64,000 nt of DNA. It comes from an uncultured virus (IMG/VR IMGVR_UViG_3300047552_001239) (Duplodnaviria; Heunggongvirae; Uroviricota; Caudoviricetes). Positions 8,740-20,000 of this stretch are shown piece after piece. The DNA lies in IMG/VR virus record IMGVR_UViG_3300047552_001239. One strand, given 5' to 3'. The number at the start of each line of letters is the position of its first letter. The first letter of the stretch is position 1. Made by a program: the position numbers and the translations under genes. The notes below the pieces were generated by a model. It saw nothing but the letters and a program-made list of their open reading frames with translations. It did not search any database and was not told the origin of the DNA.

Positions 8740-10566
8740 TTAAACTAAAGATATTTCATCTAAAAAATTATCCTCAAATGGAGAAGCTGAAATATCATTT
8801 CCAAATCCTGCAATTTCAATTTTTTGTAATAAATTAATTGAATTGTTTTCTATATCCGTCAAATCAATTTTTAATTTATCAAATTCATCATATATGCGTA
8901 AATTTGTTCTACTGAAAAGATGAAATTTTGACGGGGATCGTGATCCTTCTTTTGCTTTTGTAATTGCAACTTCAAAAGCAATAATGTCTTTATAATATAC
9001 ATCTGATATAGATGCAGATATCACTGATGTATTTTCTGCTTTTATTACATCTTTTTTAACTATATCCGAAATTAAATCTAAATCTTCCCGTTGTCGTATC
9101 ATAATAATCGTATCACTAAATCTTACTTTTTTATACGAATCACCAATGAGACTATTGTTCATTGGTTGCATAAAATTTTCTGCTAACTTGCTATTTTGCG
9201 TTATTGTTATAACGGGAACTGTATAAACTCTAGATGTTAATCGTAAATCTTGTACAATTTGTCCTTGAGCATCATAATCATTGTAATTACTATGTTTAAG
9301 AGAATTCGCAACCATACAATCAATATAGTCGATTGCGATACATTTTATGTTATAACCTTCCATCTTGTGTTTATCTACAAGTTTTCGAAGATCATCTACA
9401 GAAAATGTATTTTCATTACAATGTTTTATGACTAAAGAACAAGTCTGATTTGTAACCGAAATAATAGATTGAGTTATAACGTCAGAAAGAATATTTTCTA
9501 ATTCATTAATATTACTTTCTGTTTTTTCTTTAAAAATTTCTGAAGCTTTAACAAATAATCTTTTAATTATTTTAGCGTCGTTATTACCAAAAACTGATAA
9601 TATTCGTCTAAGTAATTTATTAATATCATCTTCAAGTGTTATCATTAAGAACATATCTTTTTCCGTTAATTGATCTTTGTTTCCAATGATCATATTACGG
9701 ATAAGGTTCAACATGAATAAACTTTTTGCGTGATTTGATGGCCCAGTTATGATAGTAACTGTAGACGATTCAATACCACTTAATTGTGAATCAAGAAGTT
9801 CATATCCAGTTTTAAATATTGAATACTTTGTAGAGAAAAATGTTTTAATATGATCTATAACAGTCTCTACACTTTGCTTATTGTTAAATATAAGATAATC
9901 TGTCGCTTGTTCGTGTTTATCTAAAACTTTTAAATTAGACAGACCATTATAAGCTTCTAAAACCGCATCCTTATAATTTTTTATTAAATTTAAAACTGGA
10001 ACATCTGTTTTATAACTATCAATTTTAACTTGATCTAGATTAAGAACTGATCTTTTAATAAGTTTTAATTGGTTATATGATTCAATTATTGTTAAAACTT
10101 CTTCTAATTGAACTCTAAATTGAACTAAGTCGCTAATCCTTTCATTTTTTACTTGATTAATTAATGTTACTGTCGAAGGATCTAAATTTAAAAAATGCTT
10201 TTCAACATTATCATAATTAATCAATCGTGACGTGACTTCTTCTTTAGCTTGTAAAATTTGTCTTATTAATTGAATAAATGAATGATATGTTTTTATATTT
10301 ATATTTGGAGGTAATTTTGAAGATATCTTTATCTCATTACCAATATCAATCAAAAATTCTCGAATATATTTAATAATATCTGATTCTTTTAAAGTAGTAA
10401 ATGGTATAGAAAAATCAGCTTGATATAAACTTACATTTATTAATTTTGTAAAAAAATCAGTATCTAAAAATTTACTTAAAAATGTATCGTATATTCCTAC
10501 GCTATCATCTAAAATTTGTAGATTTTGCGATGGGACTGGATTAAATAAGAAGGTTTCTGGGGTCAC
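8740..10566 (-). CDS. DnaB-like (SF4) replicative helicase
   Basis: FKTGYELLD...GIE, Walker A-like GPSNHAKS, ITLED, Walker B IAIDYID, VPVITITQ, IGDSYKK and K-x-K finger TKAKEG. Confidence 0.8.
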   Translation of the reverse strand: MTPETFLFNPVPSQNLQILDDSVGIYDTFLSKFLDTDFFTKLINVSLYQADFSIPFTTLKESDIIKYIREFLIDIGNEIKISSKLPPNINIKTYHSFIQLIRQILQAKEEVTSRLINYDNVEKHFLNLDPSTVTLINQVKNERISDLVQFRVQLEEVLTIIESYNQLKLIKRSVLNLDQVKIDSYKTDVPVLNLIKNYKDAVLEAYNGLSNLKVLDKHEQATDYLIFNNKQSVETVIDHIKTFFSTKYSIFKTGYELLDSQLSGIESSTVTIITGPSNHAKSLFMLNLIRNMIIGNKDQLTEKDMFLMITLEDDINKLLRRILSVFGNNDAKIIKRLFVKASEIFKEKTESNINELENILSDVITQSIISVTNQTCSLVIKHCNENTFSVDDLRKLVDKHKMEGYNIKCIAIDYIDCMVANSLKHSNYNDYDAQGQIVQDLRLTSRVYTVPVITITQNSKLAENFMQPMNNSLIGDSYKKVRFSDTIIMIRQREDLDLISDIVKKDVIKAENTSVISASISDVYYKDIIAFEVAITKAKEGSRSPSKFHLFSRTNLRIYDEFDKLKIDLTDIENNSINLLQKIEIAGFGNDISASPFEDNFLDEISLV

Positions 10567-10634
10567 TATTGAATAGCCCTTAATTATTGTTTAAAATTAG
10601 CTATCTGATAAAATTATATTTATATATTCCTGGT

Positions 10635-12671
10635 TCAGATCATATACTGATTTAAAACAGACAAAAGCATATTTGAAAATAATGATGATATATAAAAATC
10701 ATATATATTCTCTCTATATATATCTATATCTAATGGTGAAAACGATTTAAATGAATCTAATGTTTTATCTAAATATTTTTCATGATCCGCAGTTATAACA
10801 AAATTTTCAAAATTTTCATTTTTCAGTAACCCAGAAAATTCATTTCCAAAATCATAACCAAAACAATATAAAATTATATTTTTTATACTATTTGTTTCAT
10901 TTTTAAATAAATTACCTTCCATAAAACCTTCAATAAGTGATAATTTGATATATTTTCTTATAATATCAATTTTTCCAACTAATTGATGTTCCGCCGAAAT
11001 ATTATTTTCTTTTGATGTATTAATTAATGCAGGAATAAAATCTGTTAATAAATAATTTGTAAATAATTCAGAATTAATAAATTTATCTATCCAACCTATA
11101 AATTGTAAATAGCAAGTATGTTCTACTAATAATTTATTATTTATTAATTCTTTAATATCTTTACATTCATCTGATATTCTTAATTCACTAGAAATACCAC
11201 GTAATAATTCAAAAAATTTTGTTCTATTAGATTTGCCATTATTATATGATGTTATTTCATTATCTATTGTCAAATTTAAAATAATATGTTCAATATTTTC
11301 ATTTAATAAACTAGCAGAGGCAGTTGGACTGTCATTTAAATTATCTGGTAGTTGTAAGCTACTTTTAAACTCTTTTAAAAATTCACTATATGTATAGAAA
11401 TGAGAATTAAAAAAATGTATAGCGTCTGTATTAAATTGTGCAGATATATATTCTAATTGACTAAATACATGTGGATTTAAATCAATTAATCTAGTACGAA
11501 TAAAAGAATAAATAATAAATTCATCAATTGGTTCTATATAAGTAGATGGGATTAAATTATAGTCAGTAGAAATAAAATGTGCAGTTAAATAATTATGAAG
11601 ATGTTCTCTAAAACTATAAACTATAAATCTATAATATTTTTCATCTATTGAAGTTGATAAAAATTGTTTGAATAAATTTTCTATTTTAGTTGTATGCCCT
11701 TCGCTAACAAATATCTGTCGTATTTCAGATATTTTTTTAATTGAAGAAATATTATTCTTATCTATAATTTCAACATCTAAATTATTATTTATAAATGAAG
11801 GGATTCCATCATCTAATATATTTTTATTATTTAAATTCGGTATAACGGCACTAGTATATAAAGTCTGTAATTGTTCAGATGTTATATGCTGTGGATTAAA
11901 AGTATCTAATACTATCCTATAGTATGCGGATTCTTGATTTAAATTAATAGTAGTAAATATTGTCTTAATTAATAATGATGTCAATCTATTTGAAAAATTA
12001 GTATCTTCAATTAAATTAATATTTTCGATCAAATCGACTTTAGTTAAATATAAATTAGAATTATTTTGTTTATTTATAAAATCTATTTTTTGTGAAATAG
12101 TAGATTCTAAATCAATAAAAAAGTTTCTAAATAATCTATCTAATAATTTTTCAAAAATAATTAGTGTAACGGCAGATTTTTGTATATTTTTAGATATATC
12201 TGTTTCTATTGTATAATACGCTCGAGATAAATATTTAAAATATAAGTCATTAAGAATTGGAGTCGTATAATTTAATTCAAATAATTGTAATAATTTTATT
12301 TTATAAAATGATGGATTTATATATTTATATATATATTTTAAATTATTAAGAATATATGCATAATCATTATTAATTTTTGGAATTAAATTTTTTGGTTCAT
12401 ATGCAGTCTCGCGAATACGAAATTCATTTACTCCATATGCAATAGAAACATTCTCATTAGTAATTATTCGTTTATCACGTAAAAAATAAAAATTATAAAA
12501 AGGAAAATTATTAATAGTAGAAAAATCTTTATCTAATAAAAAAGAAATTGAATTATCATTTAATTGATTTAATAAATTAGTAAAATTTTTTTTAATAAAA
12601 TCAGAATCTTGGTATATCTTATAATTATTTAATACATAATTTAAAAAATGATAAGTGAAATATGTTTTCAT
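10635..12671 (-). CDS. Hypothetical protein, 678 aa
   Basis: Long ORF translationally coupled to the upstream gene; no recognised motif. Confidence 0.6.
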   Translation of the reverse strand: MKTYFTYHFLNYVLNNYKIYQDSDFIKKNFTNLLNQLNDNSISFLLDKDFSTINNFPFYNFYFLRDKRIITNENVSIAYGVNEFRIRETAYEPKNLIPKINNDYAYILNNLKYIYKYINPSFYKIKLLQLFELNYTTPILNDLYFKYLSRAYYTIETDISKNIQKSAVTLIIFEKLLDRLFRNFFIDLESTISQKIDFINKQNNSNLYLTKVDLIENINLIEDTNFSNRLTSLLIKTIFTTINLNQESAYYRIVLDTFNPQHITSEQLQTLYTSAVIPNLNNKNILDDGIPSFINNNLDVEIIDKNNISSIKKISEIRQIFVSEGHTTKIENLFKQFLSTSIDEKYYRFIVYSFREHLHNYLTAHFISTDYNLIPSTYIEPIDEFIIYSFIRTRLIDLNPHVFSQLEYISAQFNTDAIHFFNSHFYTYSEFLKEFKSSLQLPDNLNDSPTASASLLNENIEHIILNLTIDNEITSYNNGKSNRTKFFELLRGISSELRISDECKDIKELINNKLLVEHTCYLQFIGWIDKFINSELFTNYLLTDFIPALINTSKENNISAEHQLVGKIDIIRKYIKLSLIEGFMEGNLFKNETNSIKNIILYCFGYDFGNEFSGLLKNENFENFVITADHEKYLDKTLDSFKSFSPLDIDIYRENIYDFYISSLFSNMLLSVLNQYMI

Positions 12672-13966
12672 GAGAAAATTGTAGTTGCTCCAGACAATCC
12701 ATTATTTAAAGCTCCACCAATCGAATCAAAAGCTTTATTTAAACCTTGATTAAGACCATCCACTGCATCATTTAACATTGCAGAATCCATCCCTGGTGGT
12801 AAAATCTGTTGGAAAAAAGGTGGTAAATATGGAATATCTGTTCCTGGTAATTTTTTAAAAGATTTAATAATATCATTAGTTGTTGTTATTGCAAATTCTC
12901 CATCAACATCATTTATTTCATGTGGATCATCTGTCAACATATCTTCTACTTTTAATATTTGTCTATCTAATACTGGATTTAATAATGAAGCAAATCCATT
13001 TAAAGCCTGCTGTATTGTTAATTGAACATCTACGGATAGTGGTTGTTGATATTTATTATATGTTATTTCAGGTCCAGATCTTGAAACGTTTACACTTGAA
13101 ATAAATGCTAAATTCATATGTGCTTGGCCATATGCCTGAACATGGACATATCCAGCTTCACCATATGTCATACCATCATCTGAGGTAGGAGCTGCTAATA
13201 ATAAAATATATAATAATGGTTCTAAAACATGTTTTTTTATAGATTCTGGAGTTCCATATGGACTAACTAATTTAATCCTTACATTCAAAGAAGGCGTAAA
13301 TACAGAGCCTGTCCATATTTTTGGTAAACCCATTTGTTTACCATGTAAAATTAAATTTTTTCCTAAATCTATAATAGGAGTAACCGAATTAAGTAAATCT
13401 CTGTTATTTTGTTTTAATTGATCAAAATTAAAATCCATAGCATTAGCTGCTTTAGCCCCTGCTTCAGCTACTGAATTAGTAATCCCATCAATATTTAATC
13501 CTACAGATCTAGCTCCCTTAACTAACTCCTTCATATTTCCAGTCCATTCATTAATTTTCTTTTCTAATGAATTTTCTTCAAATGTATTATCATATGATTC
13601 AGAATATTCAAGAGATGCAACTGTCCATAATCTAACACCTTTAATTGGAGCTAAATTTAATTGTTCACATCTAGCTTGATAATCTTCAATAGCTTTTTCA
13701 TATTTAAGATTCATTACTCCCTTATTTGCAAATGTATCTGGCTCTTTAAATAGTTTAGGATAATTTAGTTCCCATCTTACAGGAATCAAATCCATTTTAT
13801 TCATGTAAGTTTTCATTTTCGTAGAAATTCGATAGAAATTATCTGCATTTCTATCTAATTGTACGGGTAATCCAATATCTAATATTTCTGTACCAGATGT
13901 ACCTGCTTCTCCAGAATGATTTAATAAATCAATTGGTAAAATTCCACCTGCCATATTTAACCTCAT
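12668..13966 (-). CDS. Putative baseplate/tail-tube initiator protein
   Basis: Follows the tape-measure-like gene. LPKIWTGS...SLNVRIKL and FISSVNVSRS...PLSVDVQLTI resemble tube-fold baseplate proteins. Confidence 0.5.
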   Translation of the reverse strand: MRLNMAGGILPIDLLNHSGEAGTSGTEILDIGLPVQLDRNADNFYRISTKMKTYMNKMDLIPVRWELNYPKLFKEPDTFANKGVMNLKYEKAIEDYQARCEQLNLAPIKGVRLWTVASLEYSESYDNTFEENSLEKKINEWTGNMKELVKGARSVGLNIDGITNSVAEAGAKAANAMDFNFDQLKQNNRDLLNSVTPIIDLGKNLILHGKQMGLPKIWTGSVFTPSLNVRIKLVSPYGTPESIKKHVLEPLLYILLLAAPTSDDGMTYGEAGYVHVQAYGQAHMNLAFISSVNVSRSGPEITYNKYQQPLSVDVQLTIQQALNGFASLLNPVLDRQILKVEDMLTDDPHEINDVDGEFAITTTNDIIKSFKKLPGTDIPYLPPFFQQILPPGMDSAMLNDAVDGLNQGLNKAFDSIGGALNNGLSGATTIFS

Positions 13967-13971
13967 ATAAA

Positions 13972-14005
13972 AATAGGTGAGAAATAATTAAATCTCTCAC
14001 CTATT
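13972..14005. terminator. Terminator-like hairpin
   Basis: AATAGGTGAGA...TCTCACCTATT inverted repeat in the intergenic gap. Confidence 0.6.
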
Positions 14006-14011
14006 AAACAT

Positions 14012-17000
14012 TTATTGATTAGTAGCTGTTCCAAAATCTATACCAGTTCCAAATAAATATGTATCTTTTTTTAATATATCGGGAACGGCAGATAATAATT
14101 GCCATATAAATTTATCAGTATCAGCATCAAATTTTTTATCAAAATAATCTTCAGTTGACTGTCTAGATTGAGTTATATTATTAATATTCGATGGCATATT
14201 AATAACTGGAGGAGCATTTGATTGTGGATTATTTACGACTGGAATAGAAGTAGATTGATCTGCATTTGGCTTATCTTCACCTGTTTGATCAGAAACTTGG
14301 TCACTAACTTGTTTAGTTAGTATACTCTGATCTCTTAATTTAGGTGAATTTATATTTACGCCTTTATTAAATGGAGATAATTCATCAATGAAAGTTTTAA
14401 ATCTAGAGGATAATGAAAAATTATTATTTAAAGGTTGATGAGTATTAATCGATGCATAATTATTACGTAATCCAGTATTGGTTACCATAAAATCAGCAAT
14501 AGATTGATTTTTCATCTGTGAAACACCAAACTTTCCTAAATCAGCAGACTTATCGGTAGATGAAAATATTTCAGGACTAAAAACGGATAATCCTTTTTTT
14601 AAATTATCTGTTATATCTTTAGTAAATCCTTTTTCAACATTTCCTTGTTTTTTAGATGAAATATCATTATCACCATATAATACTTGATTCACATATTTAT
14701 CTGTAGATTTACCAGATGATGATATTGATGAAAATGCTTCAGGAGTAAATATAGAACTAAATTCAGATAGTCCTTTTTTTAATTTATCCGCTATCTCTTC
14801 TTTTGATGGTAATTTAAATCCTTTTTCATTTCCTTCTCCTTGTTCACCATTAATTGGCTGTTCAGTTGTAGATGGAGCAGTTTGCGAATCTGATCCACCA
14901 CCGAATATTCCACTAGCAGCACCTTTTACAGATTGATACGCACCTACTGCAGCATCCTTAGCTTTATTAGCCATTCCTTTAACTTTATCCCATGCACTAT
15001 CTCCAACATTAGCTTTATTAGCTATATGTGCAGCTACTGCATCTTTTGCCCAAGCAGGAACAGAATCTCTACTAAAACTTGGTCCCCAAGCTCGACGACC
15101 TTCGACATCAAAATGTAAATCATTACTATATACTCCAATTCCACCAACTCCAGATTGGCTTGCAATTTGTATTAATTTTTGTCGATCATCTTTATTAAAT
15201 TGACCGGCTTTAATATCTACTGCATGCCTTCTCATATGTGCAGAATTTTTAGCGCCACCAACTTTTTTATTTCTTTCAGGACTTCTATATCCTGAAGTAA
15301 TAATTAATTGTTGCCCAAATGTATCTTGAATTGACTTTACTTTGGATGCTATTTCATCTCCAATACCAGTATCAACTCCTGGAGCAAATTTTAATCCACC
15401 TACACTCTTATGTTTATTACCAAGATCAATTGGCAACCCCTTCATTCCAGTTTCAGTGGGTTCTTTAATTTCTGTTTCCGATGGTGCAACGGGAATTGTA
15501 TTAGTTGTTGCTCCAGTTGGAGTTCCAATTGGTGTTGTAGTTTGTGAAATTTCAAGATCTTTTAATGGACCAACACCACCAAAACCTCCACTACTAGTAG
15601 GAAGGTTTTGAGTATTTTCAGATGCCTGAGCAGTACTTATTGGATTTATTTTTGATAATAAATCTCTTCCTTTATTAAATACTGTAGCCGCTACATTAGA
15701 AACGCCATTTCCTAACATTGCTAATGTTTGATTTGCATAAGCAAGTCGCTTATCATAATGTTTTACACCAGCAGCTTCAAATTTCTTTTCAAATGCAATA
15801 GTAGCAGATTGAACGTCAGATGTTTCTTTAATCGCTTTAATTGCACTTCTATGAGTAGTTTCTAATTCTTGTTTTAAAAATCCATAGTTTGCATTAGGAT
15901 CTGAGGCTTGTTGTCCAGTTTTTTGAAGATATGCTTCAAACGTTCTTCTTCTTGGACCTGTCCATTGAGCCCAACCTAATCCTCCACGACCACCACCAAG
16001 TGGATTTTTTTCTTGTATCCCTGCTTTTAATCCAGCAGATTCATGAGCTAAATTACCAACTACACCAGCCGCTTGTTCTTTACTTAATCCAAAATCATGC
16101 ATTAATCTAGTTGCTAATGGAACGGCATTTTCTTTAAACGCACCAGTAGCGGCCATCGAACCTTTTTTAATTCCAGCCCATACATTTTGTCCAATTTGTC
16201 TAGCAGCATTCCAAGCACCAACCGCTGCTCCTTGTACTCCACCACCAGTAGATTGAGGATCTATAGTTTGTTGAGTAGGAGGTGCTAAAGGAGTACCTAC
16301 TGGCATAGTAGTGTCCGGCAATTCAGACGCTTTAGGTACTGGAATTGTAGGTCGAGGCATTGTTTGTTCCATTGACCATTTTCCAGCAGTAACTGCCTGC
16401 TTAAGTTGTTCTATCTCTTGTTTTTTAGTTGTTAATGCTTTTTCTTCTTTTTCTATATCTGCTTTCCAAGTATCAGGTATTAATCTATTTAAAAATGGAG
16501 CGAAAAATACTTTCTTTTTAAAATCAAGTATTAATTCATCAAAAAAATACGATACTTCTGCACCAAATAAATTAAATCGTTCAGCAAGAGTATGATCAAG
16601 AAATACAGAATCTAAAAAATCAAAAACCATTCCCATTATTCCACCAAGAAGTGGTCCTATAAAAGCGGCTTTATCTTTTCCTTTTTCTGCAAATTTATGA
16701 GAATATTCTCCACTAAACATATTAACCAATGAATCACTAATATTCATTGTTTTAGTAACAAAATCATCCATTTTAAAATTAGAAATAGAACTAACTAATG
16801 CAAAAATTCCATCTGCAGCAGTACCGACTAAACCACCTAAAAGTGTAAATCCTGGTAATTTCCATGAAGACATTGTAGTTGCGAATTTAACAGAATATTC
16901 ACCACTATAATCTCTAAAAAATCCTATAATTGATCCATTTACAGTATCTAATAATGGTCCAGTAGCTTTGGCTATATCGACAGTAAAATCAAATAATGAT

Positions 17001-20000
17001 ACTGCCCCATCAATTACAGATCCGACAAGTCCACCTAATAAAGGACCTACTAACGGAATACTATCGCCAAAAAAAGTAGCCATTCGGCCACCATATTTAC
17101 CAGAATAACTAGTAAAAAATTCAGTAACCGCTGTATTAGCAGATGTTAATAGCGGTCCTGTATTTTCAGCTATATTTCCAATAGTACTGAAAATTCCAAC
17201 TATTCCATCTGTAATCATACCTACTAATCCACCTAATATTGGTGGTATAATAGGAATGGGACTATCTGCAAAAAAATTTGCTCCACGAGCTGCATATTTA
17301 CCAAAATGATCAATAAAAAATTGAGATATTGGCTGATTAAATTCACTGGCTCTTGTTTTAAATGCATCTATACTTTTAAGATTATCTGTTCCAAATAATC
17401 CTAAAACTCCACCAATTGCACTTCCTATTAAACCTCCAATACCCATACCTATTGGACCACCAATCATTCCAATAGTGGCACCTATTGCGCCATATTTTCC
17501 CATTCCTTTAAGAGCATCAGAAAGTCCTCCTTGCTTTATTCCTCCAAAAATAGAATCTACTAAATTCCCACTTTCTTTATAATCTTTAAATATTTCAATC
17601 AATCCATCTATAATTAATAATGGACCGGCAACTCGTGTTAATCCTTTTAAACCTACTTTAGGTAAAAATTTCGATAATGATTTATTTTTAAATAATTTCG
17701 AAAAAAAAGAAGAAGAAGCTGCTTGAGTAGCGACACCTTCTGCGATATCTTTACTAACTTCAGTAGTAATGACTTTTTTAGCTACTCCTTTAGCAGCTGC
17801 TCCAGCTACTTCAGTGGTACCTTCTGCAACTGTTGTTGCTATATTTTTCTTAAAAATTAAATCCTTAATTTTACCAAAAAGAGTTCCTGTCCCTTTTATT
17901 GCAGTCTTACCTAATTCTACAATTGGATGTAAACCAAAATAATTCAATAAACTAACTACACCTGAACCAATGCCTTTTACAAGAGGGGCTAATAATAAAC
18001 CTAATTTTAATAATGTCCCAGTTGTTCCTGTAAGTGCACCTACTGTTTTAGCTACACCACCAATCGTAGAAGCTACACCACCAATAAGTGGAAGAAGTTT
18101 TAATGGAGAACCTAAAAAAGAAAAAATTGAACTTAAAAATCCTTTCTTCTTTTTCTTCTTTTCTTCTTCATCATTCTTTTTCTCCATTTTATACCATGGA
18201 GAAATTACTCCTAAAAGTTGAGATATATTTTCTTTTGTTTCTTTAGATTCTTTTATTTGAATATTTCTATCTTCTGCTTCATCCTTAGCTTTTGCATCAT
18301 CGGCTTCTAACTTTATCTGCTCAATAATTGAAACTTGTTTCTTATCTTGTAATTCAATTATCTTATCTTTATGAAAATCGTCTAAAACAATTGATAATTT
18401 TTCATTTGTAATTGATAAACGTTCTAAAATATTCGCAGTATCATCTTCACTAGTAATCTTTTGAGAAGTCAATGAAGAAAATGTGGTAGGAGATTTAATT
18501 ATTTGTCGCCCCATCAATTCGGGTTTTTTATTTTCTCCAACTATTCCTTGTTTAGCAATACCACCTTTAGCGTGTTTTTTAAGTAAATTACCTGCAGGGC
18601 CATCTACTAAATAAACTGGTTCTGGAATTACAGAATCCTGTTTAATTAATATTTCCTGTTGTCTTTGTGTGAATTCAATATAATTAGTTTTAAAGAAATC
18701 TGATAAATATTGTAAATTTATTGGAACATTATTAGCATCTGCTACATAGGATCTAATTGTTATACCATCAATTAATTGTTGTTTTATATCAGATAATAAA
18801 TTATTTGATGTCTGTATAGGAGATGAATAATCTGGAGTTTCAATTCCTCTAAATTTTTTTTGTAAATCTTCTTTTCTTTTACTTATTGTTTCAAAATCAT
18901 TTTGCTCTTTTAATATATTTAAAAATTCAGATTGAGATCGAACTGTCTCTAATTGTTCAATTTCAAATTGTGTAGAAGCACCAGAAAAACTTTTAATTAA
19001 TCCAGATAGGGCTCCAACTAAACCTCCACCAGTAGCGGCGGTTGCTAATATAGATCCTTTTATACCTAAACTCAACGCTCCTGCAGCTAAAGCACTGCCA
19101 CCTCCAGTCAATACAGTTGTTAATGCAGCTAAAGCTGGAACTCCTATACCAATAGCTGTACTAAACATATCCATATTTTCTATATTAGCAGTAAGAATTT
19201 CATTTTCAACTCTTCGTATTTCTGCTGATTTATATTCTGCTTCATTTAAATTATTCATTGCATCCAAGCTTTGAAGAGTCATTTGCTCTTGATCTTCTAT
19301 TCCTAATTTATCTTTTAAAATTTTAGGTAGAGCTAAAGCTATATTAGAAACAATCATCCCGGGTAAAGAACCTTGGGCTTCTTGTTCATAATATTGTTCA
19401 ATTTTCTTTTTTCTTATTTCATCAAGTTGAAATTTTTTTTGCCCTGCAGATTGAGTTATATTTCCTTTTTCATCTCTTTGAGCTTCAATAAATTTCCCAA
19501 ATACAGTATCATATACATTTTCACGAGATTTAGTTAAAGATATACCTGTTTTTGGATCTGTACCTGGCTTTTCCCCAGTAATATTATATCGAACGGCGGC
19601 TACGTCAGCTCTTATACGTTCAATAATAGTTATAAACTCTCCGCCCAAAAAATCATATGCTCTATCTTGATTACTACGATATAAATTAGTTGCTTTTAAA
19701 GCTTCTGTTTTATCAGTTTTTCTTAATCCTATTTCTTCTTTATAACCTCCCCACCATTTCTTTAATCTACTAGGGAGACTTGGTATAGTAAGAATTTCTT
19801 TTATTGGGGCTAAAGTAGTCTGTAACATTCCTCCAATAAAAGGAATATTCCCCATTTTTTGCATAAAAGTTCTAGGATCTTCATTTGGATCAAAATCAGA
19901 TGAGTAATTAGATGTTTTAGTTTTTTCTAATCTTTTTTGCTGTTCAGTTATCGATGAAGATTTATCTTTCGAAGTAGATTTATTAATATCAACTAATTGC

